A stretch of DNA of 64,000 nucleotides from Asticcacaulis sp. (GTDB lineage Bacteria > Pseudomonadota > Alphaproteobacteria > Caulobacterales > Caulobacteraceae): assembly GCA_047605545.1 (NCBI GenBank), contig JASGFL010000003.1:14755-78754 (forward strand), read 5' to 3'. Every line of letters begins with the position of its first letter. Positions within the stretch are counted from its first letter, which is position 1. Both the position numbers and the translations under genes were made by a program. Of the stretch, positions 55,809 through 64,000 are shown piece after piece. The notes below the pieces were generated by a model. It saw nothing but the letters and a program-made list of their open reading frames with translations. It ran no database searches and was not told the origin of the DNA.

Positions 55809-55981
55809 TTTCGTTTTATATCTCAATCGAAACCAAAAAGAAACAAATATGACACATTTTTTGTAACATTCCGTCATTGTGCAACGGACAAAACGCGCGA
55901 AAAGTGTCGGAATATATGAATGGTTGAATTTTTTGTCCTGTCAGGCGATAAGCGGACATCAAAGCGAAAGATAAGTTTTCG
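55809..55981. promoter_or_regulatory. Candidate AgaR operators in the TBDR-3/agaR divergent region
   Basis: TTTCG at 55809, CGAAA at 55828 and CGAAA-N7-TTTCG at 55965-55981. The same elements recur at 60015-60051 and 63380-63413. Confidence 0.55.
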
Positions 55982-56008
55982 GCTCTCGAAACCGCTTGAG
56001 TAAGAAAG

Positions 56009-56812
56009 ATGAGAGATATGGCGGAAGGATCCGTTCGGATAATGCGGGATACCTCAGAGCGCAGACGCCAGATCAGCGCTATGCTGAAGACCCGCGGCAG
56101 CGTTCAGGTGATTGCCCTTTCAGAGCAATTCGGCGTCTCTATGCAGACCATCCGCAAGGACCTGCATTACCTTGAAGAGCACGGGATAGCGACGCGCGCC
56201 TATGGCGGCGCGATTTCTTCGGAAGTGGTGACGGTCAATGCCGAGCCTGCGATCGAAACCAAGCGTGTGGCCCATACCGAAGAAAAGGAACGAATCGGTC
56301 AACTGGCGGCATCGCTGGTGAAGCCCGGTGAGTCGATCATGCTCGATTCCGGTACGACGGCGTTGCAAATCGCGCGTTTTCTTGCGGATGAGGAAGATAT
56401 TACGGTCGTTACCAATGATTTTGATGTGCTGTCGGCGCTGGCGCAGAAGCGTAATCTGAAGATCATCATGCTGGGTGGCGAACTGCGCCGCAAGAGCATG
56501 GCGTTCTATGGGGCGCAGACCGTGGCGGCGCTGGATGAGCTGTTGCTCGACAAGCTGTTTTTAGGGGTTGATGGCTTTGATGTCGAACGCGGCATCACCA
56601 CCCACTATGAGCCGGAAGCGCAACTGAACCGCAAGATGGTCGAGACGGCGCGTCAGGTGATCGCCGTGACCGACTCATCGAAGTTTGGCAAGGTGTGTCT
56701 GAACCGGATTATCGACATCAGCGAGCTGGATGTGCTGATTACCGATTCGGCGGCGCCAGAATTCATTGATGACGCAGCGGAAAAGCTGAATATCAAGCTG
56801 TATAAGGCCTGA
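56009..56812 (+). CDS. agaR: DeoR-family repressor of galactosamine/galactoside catabolism
   Basis: ERRRQI...SMQTIRKDL...RAYGGA, LDSGTT, VTND, DKLFLGVDGFD, DSSKFG. Sits beside GH27/GH36/agaZ. The true start may be 56018 or 56042. Confidence 0.85.
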   Translation: MRDMAEGSVRIMRDTSERRRQISAMLKTRGSVQVIALSEQFGVSMQTIRKDLHYLEEHGIATRAYGGAISSEVVTVNAEPAIETKRVAHTEEKERIGQLAASLVKPGESIMLDSGTTALQIARFLADEEDITVVTNDFDVLSALAQKRNLKIIMLGGELRRKSMAFYGAQTVAALDELLLDKLFLGVDGFDVERGITTHYEPEAQLNRKMVETARQVIAVTDSSKFGKVCLNRIIDISELDVLITDSAAPEFIDDAAEKLNIKLYKA

Positions 56813-56822
56813 AGACAGGCAA

Positions 56823-56858
56823 TCTGGCACAGGGTTTGAACCTAAATCCTGTGCCAGA
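56823..56858. terminator. 15-bp hairpin between convergent agaR and GH27 (probably bidirectional terminator)
   Basis: TCTGGCACAGGGTTT-GAACCT-AAATCCTGTGCCAGA. Confidence 0.75.
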
Positions 56859-56878
56859 TATTTATTAGCGCCTATTTA

Positions 56879-58831
56879 TTAGCGCCTCAGAGCCGCTTCG
56901 GCCCATGTGGTGATCAGCGGCAGGTCGCTTTGGCGATTGTCGGCACGCACCACCAGTTCAACAATCTTCACACCGGTAATATCCGCGCTCAGCGGCTGAA
57001 CGGCGGTGCCGAATCCGACTTCGGCGCTTTGGGCCAGAAGCTTGCCGTCGCCATAGACGAGGAAGCGCACCTTATCGGTGGTATTTTGTGTGGAGTCGTC
57101 CAGACCAATCTGCGCCTCAAAGCGGGTGTGGCCTGCGGTGTTGCGAACCTCAAGGCGCGAGCCGGCCTGAATGCCGATGCCGGTATCGAACCTTTGTCCG
57201 GCGACCTGAAGGTTTTGATCGTATGGCGTAGAGTCGGCTTGTGCGCCGCCCCAGCCCGTATAGGCCGGACGTTCGCCCGTGCCGCGTGTGCCACTCCATT
57301 GTCCGGTCATGCGGTGTACGGTGGGGTCAGCCATAGGGGCGATGACGCCATCTTCGGCGACATTGATGTGGCCCGGTATTTCCGACAGATAGACGCCGTC
57401 CGACAGGCGGCGCGTACCGTCTGCGGTAAAGATGCGGGTCTCATAGGGTGCCAGCGTGAAGGTGGTTTCACCGGTAAAGGCGGGCAGGGCTTCTTTTGAC
57501 CACAGATCCTTAAGGTGCACCGGCTTGTCGCCCAGATATTTCAGATGATCAGCCGTCAGGTTGACCGTGACCGGTTCGCCGGTGCGGTTGAACAGTGCGG
57601 CGGCCTTCTGGCCTGACGAGAGATTTTTGACAAGAATCTGAACATCATCAGAGGCATAGGCGAGGACGGCCTGATGGCTACCCTTGTCCTGATTGAGGGC
57701 GATGATGTCGGTATTGCCCCAGATATCCATCAGGCTTTGGGGGGCGCTGCGCAGGTCATAGCTGATGAGCAGGGGCGCATTGATCATGGCCCAAAGCGCG
57801 AAATGGGCGCGGGCCTGAGTGAGGTGATTGGCGTCAAATTCACCGTGGCCGATAAACAGAATGTCAGGGTCGTTCCAGCCGCCGGATTGCGCATAGAGGG
57901 CGCGGGTCGAGGCGCTATCGAAATTGTGCAGCATGCGCGTCCATGTCGGGGTGATGTCGCCGCTGGTGCGCCACATATGACCGGTTTGCTTGCCCCATTT
58001 GCGCACATCGGCGGTGCCCCAGTTACACAGGGCCAGAATATAGTCGCCATCCGGATTATGTTTATCGAGTGCGGTGGCCACTTCGTCATACAGATTGCGC
58101 ACACCGGCAATATCGGTGCGGGCAATGGCGTTCTGGTCGATCAGAGGCTCAATACCGTTATAGGCATGGGTTTTCACCAGATCGCTGCCGGGGGCATAGA
58201 CATTGATCCCGCAGGCATCGACCTTGATGTAATCAAAGCCCCATTCGGCGAAATAGAGGGCAATATCCTGATCGACATGGCCATATAGCCCGACTTCGCG
58301 TTCCGCCGTCGTGCCTTCGGGCAGGTTGGGCGAATGCAGGTCATAGGCCTGAGAGCAGGCATTGTGCCCGACATCCGTATAGATACCGGCCTTAAGCCCC
58401 ATGCCGTGCAGTTTGTCGGTAAAGGGTTTGAAGCTGGTGCCCGCTGCGCCGCCGGTCTTGGCCGAAGGGAACAGGTTGGTGCGGATCTGCATGCGGTTGT
58501 CCGACTGACGGCGTTTCAGCCACCAGCCGTCATCCAGATTGACATAGACATAGCCCTTTGACGCCAGACCGCTGTCTACCAGCTTTTGCGCCGCGCCCAT
58601 GACCTTGGCTTCGTCAATTTCTGTACGGAAGGCATTCCATGAATTCCAGCCCATAGGCGGGGTCTGGGCCTGCTGACGCTGCGGCAGGCTCCAGCGGCCG
58701 GAGGGCTGGAGCGGGTCTGTCGCGGTTGCCTCGGCATGGGCAAGCACGGGGACAAGTGTGCCCCCAAGCGGCAGGAACAGGCTTAAGGAAGCCAGCAGTG
58801 ACAGACGGGCAAGGCGTGAGCGTACAGACAT
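56879..58831 (-). CDS. GH27 alpha-galactosidase/alpha-N-acetylgalactosaminidase with C-terminal NPCBM/NEW2-like module
   Basis: Signal peptide, PPMGWNSWN, VNLDDGW, DYIKVDAC, WRTSGDI, WNDPD; C-terminal GIGIQAGS...RFEAQIGLDD...VYGDG...VELVV. Confidence 0.9.
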   Translation of the reverse strand: MSVRSRLARLSLLASLSLFLPLGGTLVPVLAHAEATATDPLQPSGRWSLPQRQQAQTPPMGWNSWNAFRTEIDEAKVMGAAQKLVDSGLASKGYVYVNLDDGWWLKRRQSDNRMQIRTNLFPSAKTGGAAGTSFKPFTDKLHGMGLKAGIYTDVGHNACSQAYDLHSPNLPEGTTAEREVGLYGHVDQDIALYFAEWGFDYIKVDACGINVYAPGSDLVKTHAYNGIEPLIDQNAIARTDIAGVRNLYDEVATALDKHNPDGDYILALCNWGTADVRKWGKQTGHMWRTSGDITPTWTRMLHNFDSASTRALYAQSGGWNDPDILFIGHGEFDANHLTQARAHFALWAMINAPLLISYDLRSAPQSLMDIWGNTDIIALNQDKGSHQAVLAYASDDVQILVKNLSSGQKAAALFNRTGEPVTVNLTADHLKYLGDKPVHLKDLWSKEALPAFTGETTFTLAPYETRIFTADGTRRLSDGVYLSEIPGHINVAEDGVIAPMADPTVHRMTGQWSGTRGTGERPAYTGWGGAQADSTPYDQNLQVAGQRFDTGIGIQAGSRLEVRNTAGHTRFEAQIGLDDSTQNTTDKVRFLVYGDGKLLAQSAEVGFGTAVQPLSADITGVKIVELVVRADNRQSDLPLITTWAEAALRR

Positions 58832-58869
58832 GGAATTTCCCCGATTTTCAGAACCTGATGTTGGTCGTG

Positions 58870-59997
58870 TTAGTTTTTGTTGTTTTTGAAAAAGACGCGT
58901 TTGGCATTGGTGTAATAGAGCTTGTCTATCACGCTTTTGGGCAGATTCAGGCCCGTGACATCGGCTTCGATATCATCGACGCGGCGCACCGTATCGGTGG
59001 CCAGATAGGCCCAGTCATTGCGCCAGTATTCATGCGCTGTCGCACGGAAAGCGGCGGGGTCATCACCCGGATTTAAGGTCAGGTCAGTGCCGTACATCAG
59101 ACGATCCTGATATTTGATGAAGAAGTTGCGCACCTTTTGGTAATCACGCACGGACTGATACTGAATTTGCGTGATACGCGCGGCCAGTTCAAGCGTGGCG
59201 TTGGGGTGGGCATCAAGGAATTTGGCGGCCTCATCGACGCTCCATTCCAGACTGCCCATATGTGCGCCGATAAAGTTCAGTTCGGGATGTCTGGTCACAA
59301 AGCGGTCGCGGTGCTGGATCAGCTCTTCGTAGCGCGGCATCTGCGGCTGCTTGTACATATGATATTCGGGGAAGTTGCCGAAATAGAGCTTGTCATTGGT
59401 CGTGGTCATTTCCTCGACCGGCAGCCAGGCGTTCTTCGGTTCGGCCTGATGGGCAATGAAGGCCAGACCGCGCTTTTCGATATGGGCAATCACCGGATCG
59501 AAACCGGCATCGTCGATAAAGATCAGCTTGCCGTTCTTGTCGCGCTCGACCATGCCGACGTTTTTCCAGACCTTGACGCCCAGAGCGCCCTGATCGGCTT
59601 CGGAGTCGATATAGGCATTGGTTTTACCGGCCCATTCCGGTGTGCCGAAGCCCTGCATGCTGAAGGTGGCGGCATAGTGGAAATGTTTGGGGTCAGCCTT
59701 ATGGAACAGGTGGGCCGCATCTGCCTGATCGGCAATCGACGGAAAGGCCGGATAATCGACATTAATCGTCAGAAGCTCGAAATTGTCGGCCTTCGCCTGA
59801 TCGACAAAGGCTGAGTCCTTCACATTCAGGTGTACGTGCGCATCGAACTTGCGCACCTTGGTGAAATCTTCGAGGGTATAATGTGCCTCTGCGGTTTCGG
59901 TTGCCGTGTCCGAGGCGGGGGTGGTGCAGCCGGTCAGCAGAAGGCCGGTAGCGCCCAGAGCCAGACAGATATAATGGGGCAGGCGGTTTGAAAGCAT
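58870..59997 (-). CDS. Amidohydrolase-family lipoprotein
   Basis: GGAGG ribosome-binding site before ATG 59997, lipobox LTGC, FDAHVH, GVKVWK, AHQAEP, IGAHMGS, RLMYGTD. Confidence 0.8.
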   Translation of the reverse strand: MLSNRLPHYICLALGATGLLLTGCTTPASDTATETAEAHYTLEDFTKVRKFDAHVHLNVKDSAFVDQAKADNFELLTINVDYPAFPSIADQADAAHLFHKADPKHFHYAATFSMQGFGTPEWAGKTNAYIDSEADQGALGVKVWKNVGMVERDKNGKLIFIDDAGFDPVIAHIEKRGLAFIAHQAEPKNAWLPVEEMTTTNDKLYFGNFPEYHMYKQPQMPRYEELIQHRDRFVTRHPELNFIGAHMGSLEWSVDEAAKFLDAHPNATLELAARITQIQYQSVRDYQKVRNFFIKYQDRLMYGTDLTLNPGDDPAAFRATAHEYWRNDWAYLATDTVRRVDDIEADVTGLNLPKSVIDKLYYTNAKRVFFKNNKN

Positions 59998-60014
59998 CGC
60001 AGCGACCTCCTTAG

Positions 60015-60051
60015 TTTCGCAAAAACAACGAAAACGAAATTTAATGTTTCG
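60015..60051. promoter_or_regulatory. Candidate AgaR operator in the amidohydrolase/GH36 divergent region
   Basis: TTTCG...CGAAAACGAAA-TTTAATG-TTTCG, containing CGAAA-N7-TTTCG at 60035-60051. Confidence 0.55.
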
Positions 60052-60178
60052 ATTATATGTCTTTTTGTTTGCCTTTTTATTTTGACTTGTGCAACATGAA
60101 AATGATCGCACAGCCCCATCACCTATAAGAATACAGCGTTTACTCGGGGCAGGCAGGCGCAGAGGAGTTACAGCACCA

Positions 60179-62266
60179 ATGATCCCCAAACCGCTTACGA
60201 CCCAAATGAAACGACGTAATTTCCTGAAGCTGATGACCGGTACGGTCGTGGCGTCAGGTCTGGCGGGCGCAGTGCCTGCTATGGCGCAACTGGCGCTGGC
60301 GTCCGTCACAGACGGTACGATAACCATTGAATTTGATACGGCGCTACATAGCCGCATCATTTCCGGTCTTGGTGGCAAGTCAACGGTACTGACCGATTTC
60401 GCCCCTTCGGATACGCTTTCGCTGGTTGATGGCAAGCGCATTGATAATTTCAGCTTTGCCGGTCATTCGCGCGCGGCGGTCAATGATATTCACGGCAAGG
60501 GCACAGCCCATACGGTGCGCGGCGTTTCCGCCGAAGGCATCGAAAAGGTGCTGGTGATTACCCTTTATGACCGTTATCCGGGCTTTGCCCTGACGCGGAC
60601 GACCTATCGCAACCGCGGGGCTGAGGCCGTTTCGGTACAGCGCTGGCGCGGCCATGCCTATGCGCTGAAGTCTTCGGGCGTAGGCTTCTGGTCATGGTCA
60701 GGGGCGACGCACGAAAACCGCCGCGACTGGGTGCAGCCGGTGGGCGAAGGCTTTGATCAGCCGAACTTTATGGGCATGAATGCCTCTGACTACGGGTCGG
60801 GGACGCCGATCGTTGACGCCTGGCGGCCTGATGCCGGTCTGGCGGTCGGTCACGTCGAAACGCGGCCCAAGCTGGTGTCGCTGCCGCTGCTGGGTACGGC
60901 GGCAGGCGCTTCGGTGGCCATTGAAGAGAGCCGTGCCTTTGAACTGGCGGGCGGTGATAGCTTCACCACGCTTGAGACCTTTGTGACCGTTCACCAGCGC
61001 GACTATTATGCGACGCTTGATACCTATCGCCGGATCATGGCCGATAAGGGCATGGCGGCACCGAAGCCGACCGAGGGCTGCTATGAGGCCATCTGGTGTG
61101 CATGGGGTTATGATCGCGATTTCACCATTGCCGAGATCGAAGGCTCGCTGTCTAAGGTCAAGGATATGGGCCTTGAGTGGGCGGTGATCGATGACGGCTG
61201 GCAGACCTCGGAAGGGGACTGGTATCTGGATGTCGCCAAGTTCCCGCGTAAAGACGAGGACATGATCGCCCTTGTGCAGATGATCCGTGCGGCGGGCCTT
61301 AAACCCAAGCTGTGGCTGGCGCCGCTGGCGGTTGATCCGGGCACCGATCTGCTGCGTTATAATACCGATCAGCTTGTGCTCAATGAATGGGGCGCGGTGC
61401 AGGATGTCAGCTGGTGGAACGCCTTCTATCTGTGTCCGGCCTATGGTCCTGTGCGTGACTTCACCAAGGCGCTGATCACCAAGATTATCGGTGAGTGGGG
61501 CTTTGATGGCATCAAGCTGGATGGCCAGCATATGAACGCCGTGGCCCCTTGTTATAACCCGAAGCACAATCACGTCCATCCGACGGATTCGGTTGAGCAG
61601 ATTCAGGACTTCTGGAAGATGGTCTATGATACGGCCATTGCCATTAAACCACATGCGGTCATCGAGTTCTGCCCGTGCGGTACGGCCTATGCCTTCTATA
61701 ACCTGCCCTATACCAATCAGGTGCCGTCATCTGATCCGCTGTCGTCCTGGCAGATCCGTCACAAGGGCAAGTCGCTCAAGGCGCTTATGGGCGGTGATGC
61801 GGCCTATGCCGGTGACCATGTGGAGCTGAGTGACAACGGTACGGACTTCGCTTCAAGCGTCGGTATCGGGGCCATTGTCTCGACCAAGTTCACCTATCCG
61901 CACGAAGGACGTGGCAAGGATGCCAACTTCCTGCTGACGCCGGAACGTGAAGTGGTGTGGCGCAAGTGGATCGATATCTATAACCAGAAGATGCTGCCCA
62001 AGGGCCAGTATCGCGGTGAGCTTTATGATATCGGCTTCGATAAGCCCGAAGCCCATGCCATCGAAAAGGACGGCAAGCTCTATTACGCCTTCTATGCACC
62101 GACATGGAATGGTGAAGTTGAGTTGCGCGGCCTGCAAAAGGGCAATTATGCCATCCGCGACTATTTCAACGACACCAATCTGGGGCGCGCCAATGCCTCG
62201 GGCAATCGCATCAATGCGGCGTTTGACGGCTTCCTGCTGCTCGAAGCCACGCCGGTCAGGGGGTAG
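60179..62266 (+). CDS. Tat-exported GH36-like alpha-galactosidase/alpha-N-acetylgalactosaminidase
   Basis: GAGGAG ribosome-binding site, Tat motif KRRNFLK, WCAWGY, VIDDGWQ, PKLWLAP, GFDGIKLDG, EFCPCG. Confidence 0.85.
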   Translation: MIPKPLTTQMKRRNFLKLMTGTVVASGLAGAVPAMAQLALASVTDGTITIEFDTALHSRIISGLGGKSTVLTDFAPSDTLSLVDGKRIDNFSFAGHSRAAVNDIHGKGTAHTVRGVSAEGIEKVLVITLYDRYPGFALTRTTYRNRGAEAVSVQRWRGHAYALKSSGVGFWSWSGATHENRRDWVQPVGEGFDQPNFMGMNASDYGSGTPIVDAWRPDAGLAVGHVETRPKLVSLPLLGTAAGASVAIEESRAFELAGGDSFTTLETFVTVHQRDYYATLDTYRRIMADKGMAAPKPTEGCYEAIWCAWGYDRDFTIAEIEGSLSKVKDMGLEWAVIDDGWQTSEGDWYLDVAKFPRKDEDMIALVQMIRAAGLKPKLWLAPLAVDPGTDLLRYNTDQLVLNEWGAVQDVSWWNAFYLCPAYGPVRDFTKALITKIIGEWGFDGIKLDGQHMNAVAPCYNPKHNHVHPTDSVEQIQDFWKMVYDTAIAIKPHAVIEFCPCGTAYAFYNLPYTNQVPSSDPLSSWQIRHKGKSLKALMGGDAAYAGDHVELSDNGTDFASSVGIGAIVSTKFTYPHEGRGKDANFLLTPEREVVWRKWIDIYNQKMLPKGQYRGELYDIGFDKPEAHAIEKDGKLYYAFYAPTWNGEVELRGLQKGNYAIRDYFNDTNLGRANASGNRINAAFDGFLLLEATPVRG

Positions 62267-62268
62267 TT

Positions 62269-63162
62269 ATGGACGTTGCCGTCAATACGGATGTTGGCCA
62301 TAAGCGCTGGCTTTGGTTTGCCTTTGCGACCGTTGCCCTGTGGGGGGTATGGGGGGCGTTTGCCGGCATTTCGGCGGCGCGCGGTTTCCCTGAGACTCTG
62401 GTCTATTGCGTCTGGGCTTTGACCATGATCCTGCCGGCGGTCTATGTGCTGGCCAAGGCGGGGTGGAAGCTGGATCGTGATCCGATGGCCATTCTTTATG
62501 GGCTGATCATCGGCTTTACCGGTGCGGGGGGGCAGATGATTCTGTTCTATACCGTCAGCACCGGTCCGGCCTATCTGATCTTTCCGGTCATTTCCCTGTC
62601 GCCGCTGGTGACCATTATCCTGTCGTTCTTTTTGTTGCGTGAGCGGACAAGCTGGCTGGGAGCGCTGGGGGTGGTTCTGGCGCTTGTGGCCCTGCCGATG
62701 TTTGATTTTTCGCCCGAAAGCGGCTTTTCGGCCCTGAGCGGCGGCAGCTGGTTCCCTCTGGCCCTGATCATCATGGCCTGCTGGGGTGTGCAGGCCTATT
62801 TCATGAAGCTGGCCAATGGCCGCATGAGCGCGGAAAGTATCTTTTTCTATATGATGTTGACAGGGCTGATGCTGATTCCGGTCGCGCTGCTGATGACCGA
62901 TTTCAGCCAGCCGATTAACTGGGGCTGGGACGGGCCGCTTCTGACGGCGGGTATCCAGATCCTGAACGCGATTGGGGCGCTTTGTCTGGTGTTTGCGTTC
63001 CGTTATGGCAAGGCGATTGTTGTGTCGCCTCTGACCAATGCGGGCGGGCCTTTGGTGACGGCGGTGATTTCGCTGCTGATTGCCGGTATCGTGCCCGGAT
63101 GGCTTAAGACAGTCGGGCTTGTGCTCGCCTTTATTGCGTCAGCTTTACTGGCATTGACCTGA
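62269..63162 (+). CDS. DMT/EamA-family transporter
   Basis: Two EamA repeats (LWGVWG...PLVTIILS; CWGVQAYFMK...PLVTAVIS), about 10 transmembrane segments. Confidence 0.85.
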   Translation: MDVAVNTDVGHKRWLWFAFATVALWGVWGAFAGISAARGFPETLVYCVWALTMILPAVYVLAKAGWKLDRDPMAILYGLIIGFTGAGGQMILFYTVSTGPAYLIFPVISLSPLVTIILSFFLLRERTSWLGALGVVLALVALPMFDFSPESGFSALSGGSWFPLALIIMACWGVQAYFMKLANGRMSAESIFFYMMLTGLMLIPVALLMTDFSQPINWGWDGPLLTAGIQILNAIGALCLVFAFRYGKAIVVSPLTNAGGPLVTAVISLLIAGIVPGWLKTVGLVLAFIASALLALT

Positions 63163-63167
63163 CGCAT

Positions 63168-63208
63168 GCCGGCCCTGACGCCCCCCTTCTCGTGTCGGGC
63201 CGGTTTTT
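63168..63208 (+). terminator. Intrinsic terminator 1 after eamA
   Basis: GCCGGCCC / GGGCCGGT stem, loop CCCCCCTTCT, T5. Confidence 0.65.
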
Positions 63209-63254
63209 CAGCGTATCCTGAACCTTTTGATGTGGATGCGTGACGTGCACCTTA

Positions 63255-63284
63255 GCCGCCCTTTTTCGAAAGGGCGGCCTTTTT
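63255..63284 (+). terminator. Intrinsic terminator 2 after eamA
   Basis: GCCGCCCTTT-TTCG-AAAGGGCGGC followed by T5. Confidence 0.75.
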
Positions 63285-63379
63285 GTGCGTTTTGTTTGCG
63301 CGATATGTTTCATTTTGTCGTGTCATGGGGGCATGGGTGAGGTTATTTTTGGATTTTTTGTCTAATTGTAATACTAAAG

Positions 63380-63413
63380 CGAAATTTTATATGTTTCGTT
63401 TTCATTGTTTTCG
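63380..63413. promoter_or_regulatory. Candidate AgaR operator upstream of agaZ
   Basis: CGAAATTTTATATGTTTCGTTTTCATTGTTTTCG has tandem TTTCR repeats resembling the E. coli AgaR consensus. Confidence 0.6.
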
Positions 63414-63485
63414 TTGCGTTTAGATTGTCGATCGGTTAGGCTTGGGGCAGTTATCTGGAGTCACTGCTTTCTGAAAGGACTTGTC

Positions 63486-64000
63486 ATGAAGGCGATGCTC
63501 GATCTGGTCGCCCGCCATAAGGCGGGGGAGGCCTGCGGCATATATTCGGTCTGTTCGGCCCATCCGCTGGTTATCAGCGCCACCTTCCGTCACGCACTGA
63601 AAACGGGTGCCGATGTCACCCTGATCGAAGCCACCTGCAATCAGGTCAATCAGGACGGCGGCTATACGGGTATGACGCCTGAGGCGTTCCGTAATTTTGT
63701 CTATGCACTGGCTGACCGTGCCGGTTTGCCGCGTGAAAAAGTTTTGCTGGGCGGCGACCATCTGGGGCCGAATCCGTGGACCAATATGAGCGCCGAAGAG
63801 GCGATGAAAAAGGCCGACGTGCTGATTGAGCAATATGTCGCTGCCGGTTTCCGCAAGATTCACGCCGACTGTTCCATGTCCTGTGCTGATGATCCTGTGC
63901 CCTTGCCGGAAGAAACCATTGCCAGTCGTGCGGCACGTCTGATTGCCATTGCCGAGGCTACGCAAAAGCGGGTAGGCGGAGAGCCGTGCGTTTATGTTAT
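63486..64000 (+). CDS. agaZ: AgaZ/KbaZ/GatZ-family protein (tagatose-6-phosphate metabolism), 3'-truncated by the window edge
   Basis: Manual translation [29 protein letters not shown]...[20 protein letters not shown]...[12 protein letters not shown]...[12 protein letters not shown]. Absent from the ORF track because it has no stop in the window. Confidence 0.92.
   Translation, partial: MKAMLDLVARHKAGEACGIYSVCSAHPLVISATFRHALKTGADVTLIEATCNQVNQDGGYTGMTPEAFRNFVYALADRAGLPREKVLLGGDHLGPNPWTNMSAEEAMKKADVLIEQYVAAGFRKIHADCSMSCADDPVPLPEETIASRAARLIAIAEATQKRVGGEPCVYV

Noticed and set aside
59998-60441. 148-aa N-terminal extension of the amidohydrolase in the ORF track
   Set aside because: It runs through the AT-rich operator region and the GH36 start. 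ATG 59997 has a GGAGG ribosome-binding site and a lipoprotein signal.
60698-61654. 318-aa minus-strand ORF
   Set aside because: Antisense to GH36; no motifs.

Overview
Bacterial chromosomal window, by inference an alphaproteobacterium of the Caulobacteraceae (Asticcacaulis-like). This rests on an exact Caulobacter-type VanR operator, three TonB-dependent receptors (TBDRs) and GC-rich coding DNA with AT-rich spacers. All product calls come from motifs recognised by eye; no database search was run. No rRNA, tRNA, CRISPR array, transposase or phage gene was seen. There are four blocks. (1) 1-16.9 kb: a near-complete lignin-monomer funnel. It contains the protocatechuate 4,5-cleavage operon (ligU, an unknown oxidoreductase, ligJ, ligI, ligA, ligB, ligC), pobA/pobR, MarR with vdh-ech-fcs, vanAB/vanR and an aromatic-acid MFS transporter. 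(2) 17.2-41.8 kb: an uncharacterised 24.6-kb import/hydrolysis island. It holds two paralogous TBDRs, three secreted CocE/NonD hydrolases, two other alpha/beta hydrolases, a di-haem MauG/bCCP-like cytochrome with a Cys4-OmpA partner, an aldo-keto reductase, a TRAP transporter and a MarR. It also carries a family III CoA-transferase translationally coupled to a fused 2-hydroxyacyl-CoA-dehydratase-like protein that appears to lack all its [4Fe-4S] cysteines and has no activator nearby; this is the best candidate for an undescribed system. (3) 41.9-52.1 kb: metNIQ, an orphan five-gene biosynthetic operon (KAS III-like, extended SDR, MBL hydrolase, F390-synthetase-like adenylating enzyme, ATP-grasp), a membrane GGDEF-EAL protein and an MgtC-family gene. 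(4) 52.2-64 kb: an AgaR-type alpha-galactoside/GalNAc utilisation locus (TBDR, AgaR, GH27, amidohydrolase, GH36, EamA, truncated agaZ/kbaZ), with a candidate 33-aa upstream ORF and a candidate 3'-UTR sRNA with anti-Shine-Dalgarno loops.
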